64,000 nucleotides of DNA from Obrimoposthia wandeli (GCA_977020255.1 CDROCS010000294.1:1-64000); one strand, 5' to 3'; positions 36,306 through 47,300 are shown, numbered from the stretch's first letter. The notes: generated from the letters alone by a model not told the origin. A program made the numbers and translations.

Positions 36306-36683
36306 ATATAAAAATTGTCAACTGTCTATCAAATGAAATGTTCCTGTTAGTTATTTTGTCTCTTTTTGTTAATCAAAAATCTGTAAATCGTTTTTGTCTT
36401 TATGTAACAAGTTTAACAAACAAGGTATATAAATAAGATATGATTTTTTCATTTTTCAATATATATTCTTATTACTGGTGTTACCAATATCAATATATAC
36501 ATATCTATACTGGTATATTCATTTTTTACCTATTCTTAATTTTATTATTACTATTTCAACTAAAGTTAATGAATATTAATACCCATTCATAAACGCATTT
36601 CCTCTCCAAAAACATGCCAAAAGCCCAAACTCATTCTCAATTTTCTTTTATTTTATATTTTATTTTACTCACTGGGGATTTTA

Positions 36684-36992
36684 CTAATTTTCACACCCGG
36701 AATCATCGCTTTCTCCCGGTTGAAATCCCATCAAACGATTAATTACTGATCTCAATGATACGAGAGAGTTTAATGCTTCTCTGAGTCGTCGTACTAATAT
36801 TTCTTGGGTTGATTGGCTATATTCTAATCTTTCAATTGCAACGTCAAAAGCATTATTCATTCGTTCACATTCCATTTCCTTGTCTTTTAAATACGATCTC
36901 AGATTTATATTCTCTATTAACAATTTATTTTCCCATTTTTTCTGTCTCTTATATCTTCTTCTATTATTCTGTACTAATTTTGAATTTCTCAT
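36684..36992 (-). CDS. Small basic/coiled-coil protein (bZIP-like), 102 aa
   Basis: NNRRRYKRQKK basic stretch followed by heptads (LLIENINLRSYL...LEYSQSTQEILVRRLREALNSL); clean ORF between AT-rich gaps. Confidence 0.5.
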   Translation of the reverse strand: MRNSKLVQNNRRRYKRQKKWENKLLIENINLRSYLKDKEMECERMNNAFDVAIERLEYSQSTQEILVRRLREALNSLVSLRSVINRLMGFQPGESDDSGCEN

Positions 36993-37063
36993 TTTCTAAA
37001 TTGTTAAAAAGTTTTTAAGTCTTATTTTAAAAAAAAAAAATAAATAAATAAATCTTTTGATTT

Positions 37064-37864
37064 TTACAAATCAGTGTTGTTTTTCTCTTTGTGCTTATAG
37101 TTCTTGATTACCGTATCTATTGATGTATTGGATGAATTTGTACCACTTGGTATTAGGGATGTTATGAGTGGACCTGGTGGTCCATACAGTTTGTTTAAGT
37201 GAAATGATTTTTTAGTTTTAATTCTTTTAAAAGTTTTTATTTTTATTATTACTTTTATTAAAATGTTAAATATTTCGATTATTATTGCTATTATTATCTT
37301 AAATTCTGTATGATATATGTTTTGTGAATGATTTCGTTGACTAAAAAATATTATATGTTTTAAGTTCATCGATTTTGATGAATTTATTGTATTTTTTAAA
37401 AAGGTTGACTGGTTTTGTATGTTTTCTTTAGAAATGATTGATGATATTTTCTTAAATATTTTTGTTGTATATTGTGTTAAATATATTTTCATTACTTTTG
37501 TTGATTTTAATATAGGTTCTTTTATTTTTATTATTAGCCAACTCCCGCAAAAAAGAGTTGGTTGAAACATTTTTGATATCTTTTTTCCTATTATTTCTAA
37601 AGTAGTTATGTTTTTGTAAGTATTCAAAATGTGTCCCCAACTTCTATACATCATTGGTTTATTTGTGATTACATATTCTCTATATTGTATTATTATTCTC
37701 TCTGGATATGTTATATTTTTTATGGTTAAATTTGTTTTAGATTGTGTTTTTTCTAATTGTTTTTCTGAGTTTTTCCAAAAATTATCATTATGTCCTCTAT
37801 ATCTAATTCTAATGAGGGCTTTATCTAAGTCGTCTATTTTTAGTTGAAATTCCCATTTTATCAT
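37064..37864 (-). CDS. C-terminal continuation of the pol polyprotein (FN3-like ectodomain part + TM + tail), detached by a tandem duplication
   Basis: Begins with MIKWEFQLKIDDLDKALIRIRYRGHN, identical to the end of the pol ORF; hydrophobic FKIIIAIIIEIFNILIKVII. Confidence 0.75.
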   Translation of the reverse strand: MIKWEFQLKIDDLDKALIRIRYRGHNDNFWKNSEKQLEKTQSKTNLTIKNITYPERIIIQYREYVITNKPMMYRSWGHILNTYKNITTLEIIGKKISKMFQPTLFCGSWLIIKIKEPILKSTKVMKIYLTQYTTKIFKKISSIISKENIQNQSTFLKNTINSSKSMNLKHIIFFSQRNHSQNIYHTEFKIIIAIIIEIFNILIKVIIKIKTFKRIKTKKSFHLNKLYGPPGPLITSLIPSGTNSSNTSIDTVIKNYKHKEKNNTDL

Positions 37865-38309
37865 TATTTTATGTTTTGATATATATTTCGCTGTTGTTTC
37901 TAATATTGATGCTAGGTATATGTGAGTTTCTATAGTTCTTTGATAAAGTGTAATGTTTTGTGTATTTGATTTTATTTTAATTTCATATTGTGTTTCATCT
38001 CTTAAGAATGGTATTGTATATTTTCGTGATTTTATTCCTATTATTGTTATGTCCTCTATATCTAATTCTAATGAGGGCTTTATCTAAGTCGTCTATTTTT
38101 AGTTGAAATTCCCATTTTATCATTATTTTATGTTTTGATATATATTTCGCTGTTGTTTCTAATATTGATGCTAGGTATATGTGAGTTTCTATAGTTCTTT
38201 GATAAAGTGTAATGTTTTGTGTATTTGATTTTATTTTAATTTCATATTGTGTTTCATCTCTTAAGAATGGTATTGTATATTTTCGTGATTTTATTCCTAT
38301 TATTGTTAT
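37792..38309. repeat. 259-bp tandem duplication (2 copies) disrupting the polyprotein frame
   Basis: The sequence starting GTCCTCTATATCTAATTC occurs at 37792 and 38051; 259 is not a multiple of 3. Confidence 0.92.
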
Positions 38310-41300
38310 GTTTTGTTTTCTGTCTTTTTGTGTAATTTGTATATTTCCAGTTTTGTTTATAAAGAGCGAGATTTTTAACTTTATAGATGTGATTTCTGGT
38401 ATTATCGTAATTAAACCAAAATTTTTTATAAGATGTGTTGTCGAGTCATGTTTATTTATAACATTTTTTATAGTTAGTTTTTTATCATTTAGTTTGGTAG
38501 CATTTGCTCCTTGCACGTTTTTACTTATGGAGAGATAAATTGCGAATATTATTAAAATTTTTGAAAATTCCTTTATTGATATAACTATTGCCTTATTCCA
38601 TTTAGATTTTTTGTTTTTAATATTTTTTCTCTGTATATCTTGTATTGGTAACATTTGTAAAACTGTGTTTTTTGTGTTTGATCTCAAATTATATTTATGG
38701 CTTTTTACTGTTGTATTCTCTTCTGGTACTTGTCGACATCTATTTATGTGTGTTCTTATTTCTTTTGATTTTAGTTCATTGTCGAGTTTAGCTGTTATGT
38801 TAGTTCCATTGGTACTAATAACTGTATATGGTCCTTTGTATGGTTTTGATAATTTGTGTGATAATCCTACATTGATTTGTGGATTGTGAATCATTATTTT
38901 ACTTCCGATTTTTATATTTGATGTTTTAGTTCTTCTATCATAATATTCTTTGTAATTTTCTTGTATGTTTTTTACAAATAATTTAGCTTTTTCAAATGCT
39001 AATTTTATTCTTTCTCTAATTTCTATTTTGTATTCAGGTATTTCTAGGTATTGTGTAGTAGGTTGTAGTAATGTTAGATCAATAGGCATTTGCGGATCTC
39101 TGAGGAACATAAGGTAAAAAGGTGTTTCTCCTGTAGATGCATGTACTGATGTTCTATGTGCAAAAAGGCATGGGGGTATGTGCAAATCCCAATCTGTTTG
39201 GTTGTTGTTTGTATATGATGCCATCATATCTTCGAGGGTTCTATTAAATCTTTCTACTAATCCGTCGGTTTGAGGGTGATATGGTGTTGTATTGATCTTT
39301 TTTATGTGAAAGATTTCAGCTATTGATGCTAATACATTATTTATAAATTCAGGACCTTTGTCGGTTAATAATTTTCGGGGTGCACCGAAAGTAAAAATAA
39401 TTTTTTCGACTAAAACCTTCGCGATGGTTTCAGCCTTATGATCATGTGTTGGAAAAGCCTCTGGCCATTTTGTAAAATAATCTGAAAATACTATTATATA
39501 TCGATTTCCTCGGGGTGTTTCAGGTAATGGCCCCATTACATCCATGGCAACAGTTTCCATGGGGGCCGATGGATACGGTATTGGTTTTAAAGGTATCTTT
39601 GTGGTACGTAAGGTGTTTTTTCTTTTAAGACATATTTCACAAGTATTACACCAATTTTTTACATCTTCTTTCATATCCTCCCAATAATATTTTAAATTTA
39701 ATCTTGAATGTGTCTTTTTTGTTGACAGATGTCCTCCTAAAGCTCCGTTATGATATTGAAGGAGTAATTGGCATTGTATTTCTTTAGGTATAACTAGTGA
39801 GTACAGATTTTTATCGTTTAAATAATGTAAAATATTGTTACTGAATTTATAGCGATATTCATGAATTTTTAAATGTTTTCTTAATTTTTCATCTGTTGGA
39901 ACTTGATTGATGGTGATATACTTAATTATTTGTTGTAATTCCGTATCTTTGCTTTGAAGATCGGTGATTACTTTATCATCATATCGAGCCTTGATTATTG
40001 TAAAAATATTTAATTCGGTGTCATTGGAATTTATTACATTTACTTCTTCTCTTATTCTAGATAGGCAATCTGCATTGGCGTTTGATTTACCTTTTCTATA
40101 TTTAATTTCAATATCATATTTTTGGAGAATTAACGCCCATCTCATTAATCTAGATGTTGTATCTTTATGATTTAGTAGCCACTGTAATGGTCTTTGATCA
40201 GTATAAACGTGAACTTTTCGACCTAATAAGTAATGTTTAAAATGTTCCATTGCGAAACAAATAGCGAGGCATTCTCTTTCTATTGTTGAATAATTTATTT
40301 CGTGTTTTTTAAGACTTCTGCTTGCGTACGCTATCACATGATCTTTTTCGTTATTATCCTGTTGTCCTAGTACTGCTCCTAACGCGTATCCACTTGCGTC
40401 AGTCATTACTAGAAACGAGTTGTTGAAATTAGGATATCTCAATATAGGTTTTTCAATCAATTTTTGTTTTAGGTACTCGTATGACTCTTGTTGTTCCGTT
40501 TCCCATTCAAATTCTTCATCCTTTTTAATAAGTTTGTTTAATGGTGTTGCTATTTGTGCAAAGTTTCTGATAAATCTACGATAATATCCAGCAAGTCCTA
40601 AAAATTCTTGTATATTTTTTACTGTTTTTGGGATCGGAAAATTCTTTATTTTTTCTATATTACTTTCATCTGGTTGAATTCCTTTTGCTGATACTGCGTG
40701 ACCTAGATAATTCACTTTGTCTTTCATCCATTCACACTTTTTTGGTTTTAATTTTAAACCTGCTATTTTTAATCTAAGAAATACATTTTCTAAATCTTTT
40801 AAATGTTCTTCAAAATTTTTTGAAAAAATTAGAATATCGTCGATATAAACCATGACATGATCGGCGTCCATTAAAATGTGGCTCATGCACCTCTGAAATG
40901 TTGCTGGAGCATCTGTTAATCCAAAAGGTAAAACGTTAAATTCATATAATCCTTCTCCTGTTGAGAATGCTGTTTTTTCTTTATCTGATTCATCTATTTC
41001 TATCTGCCAATATCCACTTTGTAAATCTAAGGTTGTAAATATTTTTGCATTTTTTAGTTTATCTAAGATTTCATCAATTCTTGGAAGCGGATATGTGTCT
41101 TTATGTGTGATCTCATTTAATTTTCTGTAATCTACGCAAAATCTTAGTGAACCATCTTTCTTTTTTATCAAAACAACTGGAGATGTCCATGCTGAAAAAC
41201 TTCTTCTTATGATTTTATTCTCTAACATTCCTTTTACCTGTCTTTGAGCTTCTTCTCTGTAAGCGTATGGGATACGGTAAGGTCGTTGTTTGATTGCTGT

Positions 41301-42500
41301 ATTAATAGTTAACGGAAGGTTATGTTTAATTAAATCTGTTCGTCCTAGGTCATATTCATTTTTTGCAAAAATTACGTCATATTTCTCCATCAATGATTTT
41401 AGTTTTGATTTCTCATAATCATTTAATCTAATATTTTCAAATTTTACAGCGGAATTGTCTTCTATTTTTTCATTATTAATTAATTCTATATTCTCTATAA
41501 CACTTATTTTTCCAAGGCGTGTTCCTACTTTTAGATGAATCTCGTTTATGTCTCCATTTAATATTCTGATAGGTATTGTATTATTTTTTATTTTACAAAT
41601 TATATTTGGTAGAACGTAATTTAATGTTTCCTGTTGATATTTATAAGGTTCGAATAAGATGTCTTTTTCTGTAACTATGTTAGTTTCTAATTGTAATATT
41701 GTTTCTGTTCTAGGTTGAAGAATGATATCTCCTTTTATTTCCAATTCGTATTCGCTTTTAGCGTTTGGTCTGTAAATGTCTTTAATTTGATTTTTCTCAA
41801 AGTCGAAGTGAAAATTGTTTCCTAATTTCCTCAATGTATCTATTCCTATTATCATCTGACATGGACAATTTTTCATTATTCTAGTAGGTATTTTTATAAA
41901 TTTATCTCCTATTTTAAAAATGCAATCTAATTTACCAATAATATTTACGGGTTGACCGTTTGCTGCTGTTATTTGACTGTTATCTGTGAGAAGTAGTAAT
42001 ATTTGGTGTGGTTTTAAGAAAGATTCGTCCAAAACTGTTACGCTTGATCCTGTGTCAATTAAAGCTTTTAATTTATACTCATTTATTTCAACTTTTACAT
42101 AAGGTCGTCTATCATTATCCATTTGATTTATAGTATATATTGTTGGTGCAGTTAATTTTTGAACTATTATTTCTTCTTTATATCTTTCTAAATCGGGGTA
42201 TTGTGCAGATTCTGTATTCTCTTTATTTTTATTGTCTACTATTTTTTGTAAATTTGTTTCTCGCATTTCGTTTGATAATGCGTTTACAGTATTTTGATGA
42301 TGATTAAATATAAGAAATTTTGCCAAAAATGGAAAACATCCTAATATTAGTTTCCATGTTAATCCTCCAACTTTATAAATATAGTATGTGGATAAAATTT
42401 GACTCAATAGTATTTTAAAGCATATTAGTAGTGCATATATTCCTACAAGTCCAGAAAATGCTTGTCCAAATATTAAAAATTTTCCCCATATTTTTGACAT
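37995..42500 (-). CDS. pol: Glycoprotein TM tail + protease + RT + RNase H + integrase + signal-peptide/FN3-like extension (1501-aa open segment)
   Basis: KALIDTGSS, YPLPRIDEIL, LDLQSGYWQI, YIDD, MTDASGYALG, GGHLS...CEIC, DVMGPL/DKGPEF/YHPQTDGLVERFN, GPY. Hydrophobic N-terminus belongs to G. Confidence 0.97.
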   Translation of the reverse strand: MSKIWGKFLIFGQAFSGLVGIYALLICFKILLSQILSTYYIYKVGGLTWKLILGCFPFLAKFLIFNHHQNTVNALSNEMRETNLQKIVDNKNKENTESAQYPDLERYKEEIIVQKLTAPTIYTINQMDNDRRPYVKVEINEYKLKALIDTGSSVTVLDESFLKPHQILLLLTDNSQITAANGQPVNIIGKLDCIFKIGDKFIKIPTRIMKNCPCQMIIGIDTLRKLGNNFHFDFEKNQIKDIYRPNAKSEYELEIKGDIILQPRTETILQLETNIVTEKDILFEPYKYQQETLNYVLPNIICKIKNNTIPIRILNGDINEIHLKVGTRLGKISVIENIELINNEKIEDNSAVKFENIRLNDYEKSKLKSLMEKYDVIFAKNEYDLGRTDLIKHNLPLTINTAIKQRPYRIPYAYREEAQRQVKGMLENKIIRRSFSAWTSPVVLIKKKDGSLRFCVDYRKLNEITHKDTYPLPRIDEILDKLKNAKIFTTLDLQSGYWQIEIDESDKEKTAFSTGEGLYEFNVLPFGLTDAPATFQRCMSHILMDADHVMVYIDDILIFSKNFEEHLKDLENVFLRLKIAGLKLKPKKCEWMKDKVNYLGHAVSAKGIQPDESNIEKIKNFPIPKTVKNIQEFLGLAGYYRRFIRNFAQIATPLNKLIKKDEEFEWETEQQESYEYLKQKLIEKPILRYPNFNNSFLVMTDASGYALGAVLGQQDNNEKDHVIAYASRSLKKHEINYSTIERECLAICFAMEHFKHYLLGRKVHVYTDQRPLQWLLNHKDTTSRLMRWALILQKYDIEIKYRKGKSNANADCLSRIREEVNVINSNDTELNIFTIIKARYDDKVITDLQSKDTELQQIIKYITINQVPTDEKLRKHLKIHEYRYKFSNNILHYLNDKNLYSLVIPKEIQCQLLLQYHNGALGGHLSTKKTHSRLNLKYYWEDMKEDVKNWCNTCEICLKRKNTLRTTKIPLKPIPYPSAPMETVAMDVMGPLPETPRGNRYIIVFSDYFTKWPEAFPTHDHKAETIAKVLVEKIIFTFGAPRKLLTDKGPEFINNVLASIAEIFHIKKINTTPYHPQTDGLVERFNRTLEDMMASYTNNNQTDWDLHIPPCLFAHRTSVHASTGETPFYLMFLRDPQMPIDLTLLQPTTQYLEIPEYKIEIRERIKLAFEKAKLFVKNIQENYKEYYDRRTKTSNIKIGSKIMIHNPQINVGLSHKLSKPYKGPYTVISTNGTNITAKLDNELKSKEIRTHINRCRQVPEENTTVKSHKYNLRSNTKNTVLQMLPIQDIQRKNIKNKKSKWNKAIVISIKEFSKILIIFAIYLSISKNVQGANATKLNDKKLTIKNVINKHDSTTHLIKNFGLITIIPEITSIKLKISLFINKTGNIQITQKDRKQNITIIGIKSRKYTIPFLRDETQYEIKIKSNTQNITLYQRTIETHIYLASILETTAKYISKHKIMIKWEFQLKIDDLDKALIRIRYRGHNNNRNKITKIYNTILKR

Positions 42501-42509
42501 TGTATTTTT

Positions 42510-44110
42510 TGTAGCTTTTATGTAATGGTTTGGAGAAAGTAATAAATCATAATCAGGACGGCTAATTCCGTCTGGTACTGATCTTTCTATGATTTGTGTT
42601 AAAATTCGTGATCTTATTTGAGGAAATAAAATTTCTTTTCTTAATTTATCTATATCTTCTTGTATGTAAATGCCTTTTGTATTTAGTTCATTGTCTGGAT
42701 TTATTTCTATGTCATTTTTAGATTTGTTAATTGTAGTTTTAGTGGTTGAGTAACTATGTCTCTTCTTGGTAATGTTATCCAGATATCTTTTGAAATTTTA
42801 TAATGAGGTGCCATTATGTTTGAACAGTTTATTTCTTTTATGCTGAATGTGTTAAAAAGTATTATTCTGGTGATTGGTTCTACAAATAATGAATGATTTT
42901 TATATGAAATTGGTAATTCTTTAGTGCATTTATTGTGATTTCTTATATTAACTATTACTTTTTGGCATTGATACGTATATAGTACCTCTCCCATTACTCT
43001 TCCGAAAGTACCATCTGGTAACGGTAATAATGGTGTTATTAATTCTGTATTTGTAGCAATAATTGCTAGTTTTGTTTTCAAAATTTCTTGATTTAATTTA
43101 CAGTCATTCATTATTGTTTCTCTATAAATAGCTTCTATTGTCATTAATCCTTTGTGATAAAAATAATCTAATTTATTATTGAAATAATCGTAATTTTTTA
43201 TATCAAATTTTGTTGGTGTAGTTTTTGCATTATAAATTTTTTCTTTACTTAGATATATTCCTTTATAATTAGTTGTATAAATAGAGTGTCCACATCGGGA
43301 TTCCTCTTTCTTTTTAATAAATCGCATACCTGAACCTTGTTCAGTTGACATTAAAATAGTTGGAGTTGATGTTTTTTGTATTTTTTCTAGTTCTATATTT
43401 TTTAAGTATATTTTTTGGAATTCGTTGATCTAGCTCTGGATCATCTTTGAATCTTTGACCTTGAATTATTTGGAAATTTTCTGATTTTAGTAGTATTAAT
43501 TTACATTGGTCTGTTTTTACCTTATAGTATAAAATTGAGGATCCTGTGTTACAATATCCGATATTTGCTGCACAAAAAGGCATAGTCACCATGGTATTTG
43601 TAGATGGATCAAATGTTGCTTTAAATGTTCTTAGTTCTACCTCAAAGTTTTTTATAACTACTAAACCATTTTCTTTAACTCCCATTACGACGTATGATCC
43701 TGTTGTGCATTCTCCGTCAGATTTGATAGTTCCTACCACTGTAATCATTTGTTGTATTATTTTGTTTTTTATTGCTTTTACTTTTATTTCTCTATCTATT
43801 CTCAGTTCGCCTGTTGCAAAAGCATCTTTACAATTTAACGCGTCAACAATTATTGGTGTTTTTCCTAATGCTGGCTTAACAATTGAATTATGGCTGTGTT
43901 GTCCGCAATATGTTATGAATGTTTCCACATGTACTCTACTTTCGAAAACTTCTGTATTTATGTAATCTGTTTCCTGGTATACATGAAATAACTTGGTGGT
44001 TTTAACTTTTACTTCATTTGGATCTGCGTCGGCGCATTGTTGTAAATCCATTAGTGAATATTTATTTTGTATACTATATTTTGAACAATCATATGCTTCA
44101 AGAGCATTTA
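42510..44110 (-). CDS. Chuvirus-like envelope glycoprotein ectodomain (spans ORFs 43341-45323, 42707-43351 and the pol frame)
   Basis: Signal IIQIIFMICIITNIIKPINA, then LEAYDC...YSLMDLQQC...TYCGQHSHNS...GEC; GEVLYTYQC...KCTKELPISY...FVEPITRI...C...P-x-Y...W; TM region. This matches my recollection of chuvirus G and its endogenous copies. Confidence 0.8.
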
Positions 44111-45323
44111 TTGGTTTTATTATATTTGTAATTATACATATCATAAATATTATTTGAATTATTTTCCATAAATTCTGGATGATTTTGTTAAAATTATATG
44201 TATTTTTAAGATTTGAATTTTTACTATTTTTTGGTGATTTTCGTTTATTTTTATTTTTCGATTTTTTATTTTGTGTTTGAGTGGTTTGATTTATTTTTGT
44301 ACTTATTTGTGTTCTTTTTTCTAATGTTAGACAACCGTTTCTAAATATTTCTCCGAATTCGGATTGAGAGTTGGTACTATTTGTGTTTTGCTCATTGTTT
44401 TGGTATTGCTGATGTGTTTCTTTATAGCGATTATCTATTTCTTGTTGTCTTAATCTCATCAATGCAACCTCCTCTGTTTCCTGATTTATATCAGTGTTTT
44501 CAATAGTATGATTGTCTTTTTTACAAAATCTACAAAATTTGTTGTTGGTTATTTTATAACAATTCTCTATTGTGTGATTTTGCAGTCCACAATTTGTACA
44601 TTTTTGGAAAGGTCTTTGTGTAATTTGTGAATCTGTATAGTTTCTGTTTGTTTGATTCCTATAAAAGTTATTTGTCGGTGCTGTATATTGTTGCTGGTTT
44701 TGGTAATTAGATTGTGTATTTGAGTTATAGTTTTGAGTTTGATTGAAATTTGGTGGTGTTGTAGGTCTTTGTATTTTTTCAAAGGTTAATGCTGAAACTT
44801 CAGATTGTTGTAACATGTTTAATCTTGTTTCTACAAGTTGAGCCTTATTTACAGCTTGCTGAAAGTTTTCTACTTCTAGTAGAGCTGGATGATTTTTGAT
44901 TTTATTATTTAATCCATGTAGAAACTGATGTAATAGTAAGCGCTCTCTTAAAACTTCCTCAATTCCAGGGAATGATTTTAGGGCTAAACGTCTTAATTCA
45001 ATTGCAAAAATATTTGTGGGTTCTCCTAAATGTTGCTCACGTTGTCTAAACTGATTTAAGTAATTTTGCTCTGATTGGGTTCCTAAAATCATATTTTGAA
45101 AATTTTGAACTAAATGGTCCCATGTGTCTTTTTGTTCATTGTTTAATCCTCTATAAATTGTTAAGGCAGTGCCTTTTAAATACGCTGGAAAAACCCTAAG
45201 TTTCTCTTCATTAGTCCATTCAAATGCTTGAGCAAATGAATCAAATCTATTTAAAAATTCGGGTAATGAGGATTTATCGCCATTGAAAGCGTCTAAAGGA
45301 ACATTTAATTTATGTTCAGCCAT
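43341..45323 (-). CDS. gag: Gag (capsid + CCHC knuckle) fused in frame to the N-terminal half of G
   Basis: FNGDKSSLPEFLNRFD...AYLKGTAL...FLHGL (retrotransposon gag); CTNCGLQNHTIENC zinc knuckle and a partial second one. Confidence 0.92.
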   Translation of the reverse strand: MAEHKLNVPLDAFNGDKSSLPEFLNRFDSFAQAFEWTNEEKLRVFPAYLKGTALTIYRGLNNEQKDTWDHLVQNFQNMILGTQSEQNYLNQFRQREQHLGEPTNIFAIELRRLALKSFPGIEEVLRERLLLHQFLHGLNNKIKNHPALLEVENFQQAVNKAQLVETRLNMLQQSEVSALTFEKIQRPTTPPNFNQTQNYNSNTQSNYQNQQQYTAPTNNFYRNQTNRNYTDSQITQRPFQKCTNCGLQNHTIENCYKITNNKFCRFCKKDNHTIENTDINQETEEVALMRLRQQEIDNRYKETHQQYQNNEQNTNSTNSQSEFGEIFRNGCLTLEKRTQISTKINQTTQTQNKKSKNKNKRKSPKNSKNSNLKNTYNFNKIIQNLWKIIQIIFMICIITNIIKPINALEAYDCSKYSIQNKYSLMDLQQCADADPNEVKVKTTKLFHVYQETDYINTEVFESRVHVETFITYCGQHSHNSIVKPALGKTPIIVDALNCKDAFATGELRIDREIKVKAIKNKIIQQMITVVGTIKSDGECTTGSYVVMGVKENGLVVIKNFEVELRTFKATFDPSTNTMVTMPFCAANIGYCNTGSSILYYKVKTDQCKLILLKSENFQIIQGQRFKDDPELDQRIPKNILKKYRTRKNTKNINSNYFNVN

Positions 45324-47024
45324 TATTTGAGGTTGATCGATTATTTGTTCGTTGTTTATCTGTACAATAGGTGGTTCTGGGACGGCTACTGCTTCCGTTA
45401 TTTCTGACGAACTATCCGAGTCAGATGTTTGTGGTGAAGGTAAACTCTCTGTATCTGAGGTTAAAGCTAGGTCCAGATGTTCTGAGAGTGGGGAAGTCTG
45501 TGTAAGTAAATCGTTATTTGTTGTAAAACTGATTTGTGATTTGGGTCTTTGAATTGTTTTTTCACTGGAGTCTGTTCTAACTAATCTTGTTTGAATTCTT
45601 CTCCAGTGAAGGTTAACTACGTTTTTGTTTACTTATTTTGTGTGTCTGTTTTTGTGATAGATCTTTGGGTTTGTGTTATTAATAATTTATTTAAAGTTTC
45701 AAAATCAAATATTGCACAAATGAAAAATGCGTACTGCGTACTGAAACTAAAAATATTTCGGAGGAATTCGTAAAAGTTATTTAGTTAATCTCAAAATCAA
45801 ACTCTCTTATCAATATTAAAAACACGCTCTCTGAAAATCTCTGGAGAAAATTTATCTTTCCGAAGTTTTATTTTATTTTGTTTTTTAATTTTTTTTTAGA
45901 ACAATAACAAGACTCAAAAATTTATCTCAACAATCTCTGTCCCTTATCACTTTGAGCACTACCACCGCCAACCAGTATATAGTCTTTATATGATAGCACT
46001 CGACGTAACTTGGGAAACAAGACAATTTGCGACAAAATTTTAAATTTTTTGATCAATTTTATTTTTATACAAAAATATATTTATATGATTATTTTAACTT
46101 TTATTATCTTTTTAGTTATTTATTTTACTTTTACGCCTCTAATAGATAAATCCACTCCAATTTATAGTTCTCAAAAAACGAATTTCCTACTGGTTAACCG
46201 GTTCAAAGGAAAATGTTAAAAAATTTTCAAAATTTTCTATAACTCTTATTACTAACTACAAGTCAATTAATTGTTTGTTATACTTTACCAATGAAGATAG
46301 GAACAAAAATATTTATATACACGCAGCACAATAGGATTATTTATTGATACTTTTCAAAGTTAAATTTGAAAAATGGACTACAATATATACGATTTTAACA
46401 ATTCTGAATTAGTTATGACTTTTAATGATGTCAACTTTTTAATGTAACAACTCTATGGTTCCAAATCAGTTTACCAAAGAATAAAAATGAATGTAAAATA
46501 GTAAGTCCAACTTCGAGAGATAATATAAATGGTATAAGTAGTTGAATCAAAAATCAAATACAATTGTAAAGCCGTAAAATTGTTTTTAAATAAAAATTAT
46601 GATATATGAACTTTTAAACAGTAATTATTTTCAGAAATGTTTAGGTCAAGGTATTCCTACAGTCTCTCACAATTCTAAACAATACTCGTGAGACTATAAG
46701 AATCCCTAATTTTCAAAAATAATATTTATACGATTATGACATTCTATCTATCGCTATTAGAAATAAACATAATTTTAAATACAATAATCAATTTTTAACA
46801 CAAATTATATACACTTATATAAATGGAAATTAACTGAATATTTTATTCCCAGAAAAGAAACTGCAAAAATAAATATGTTAACAAATAAACCCAAAATATG
46901 AGTTTTAAAATTACTTCAAAGAATTTTAAAAATCGAACTCAAAGTTCTTCAGGGCAAGTTATCATAAATGAACACTACAAATCACTAAAGCCACAAAAAA
47001 CACCTAAATAGTCTCTATTATTTT

Positions 47025-47300
47025 AAGATTAATGTAAAATCCGACCCAATAATATTAATATATTAAAATGTAACACAAAAACCAAAAATACAATAAAATC
47101 AAAATAATAAACTATTCTAAGATTAATGTAAAATCCGACCCAATAATATTAATATATTAAAATGTAACACAAAAACCAAAAATACAATAAAATCAAAATA
47201 ATAAACTATTTCAAGATTAATGTAAAATCCGACCCAATAATATTAATATATTAAAATGTAACACAAAAACCAAAAATACAATAAAATCAAAATAATAAAC
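47025..47300. repeat. 94-bp tandem repeat x3 in the leader of element B
   Basis: AAGATTAATGTAAAATCCGACCC recurs at 47025, 47119 and 47213. Confidence 0.92.
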
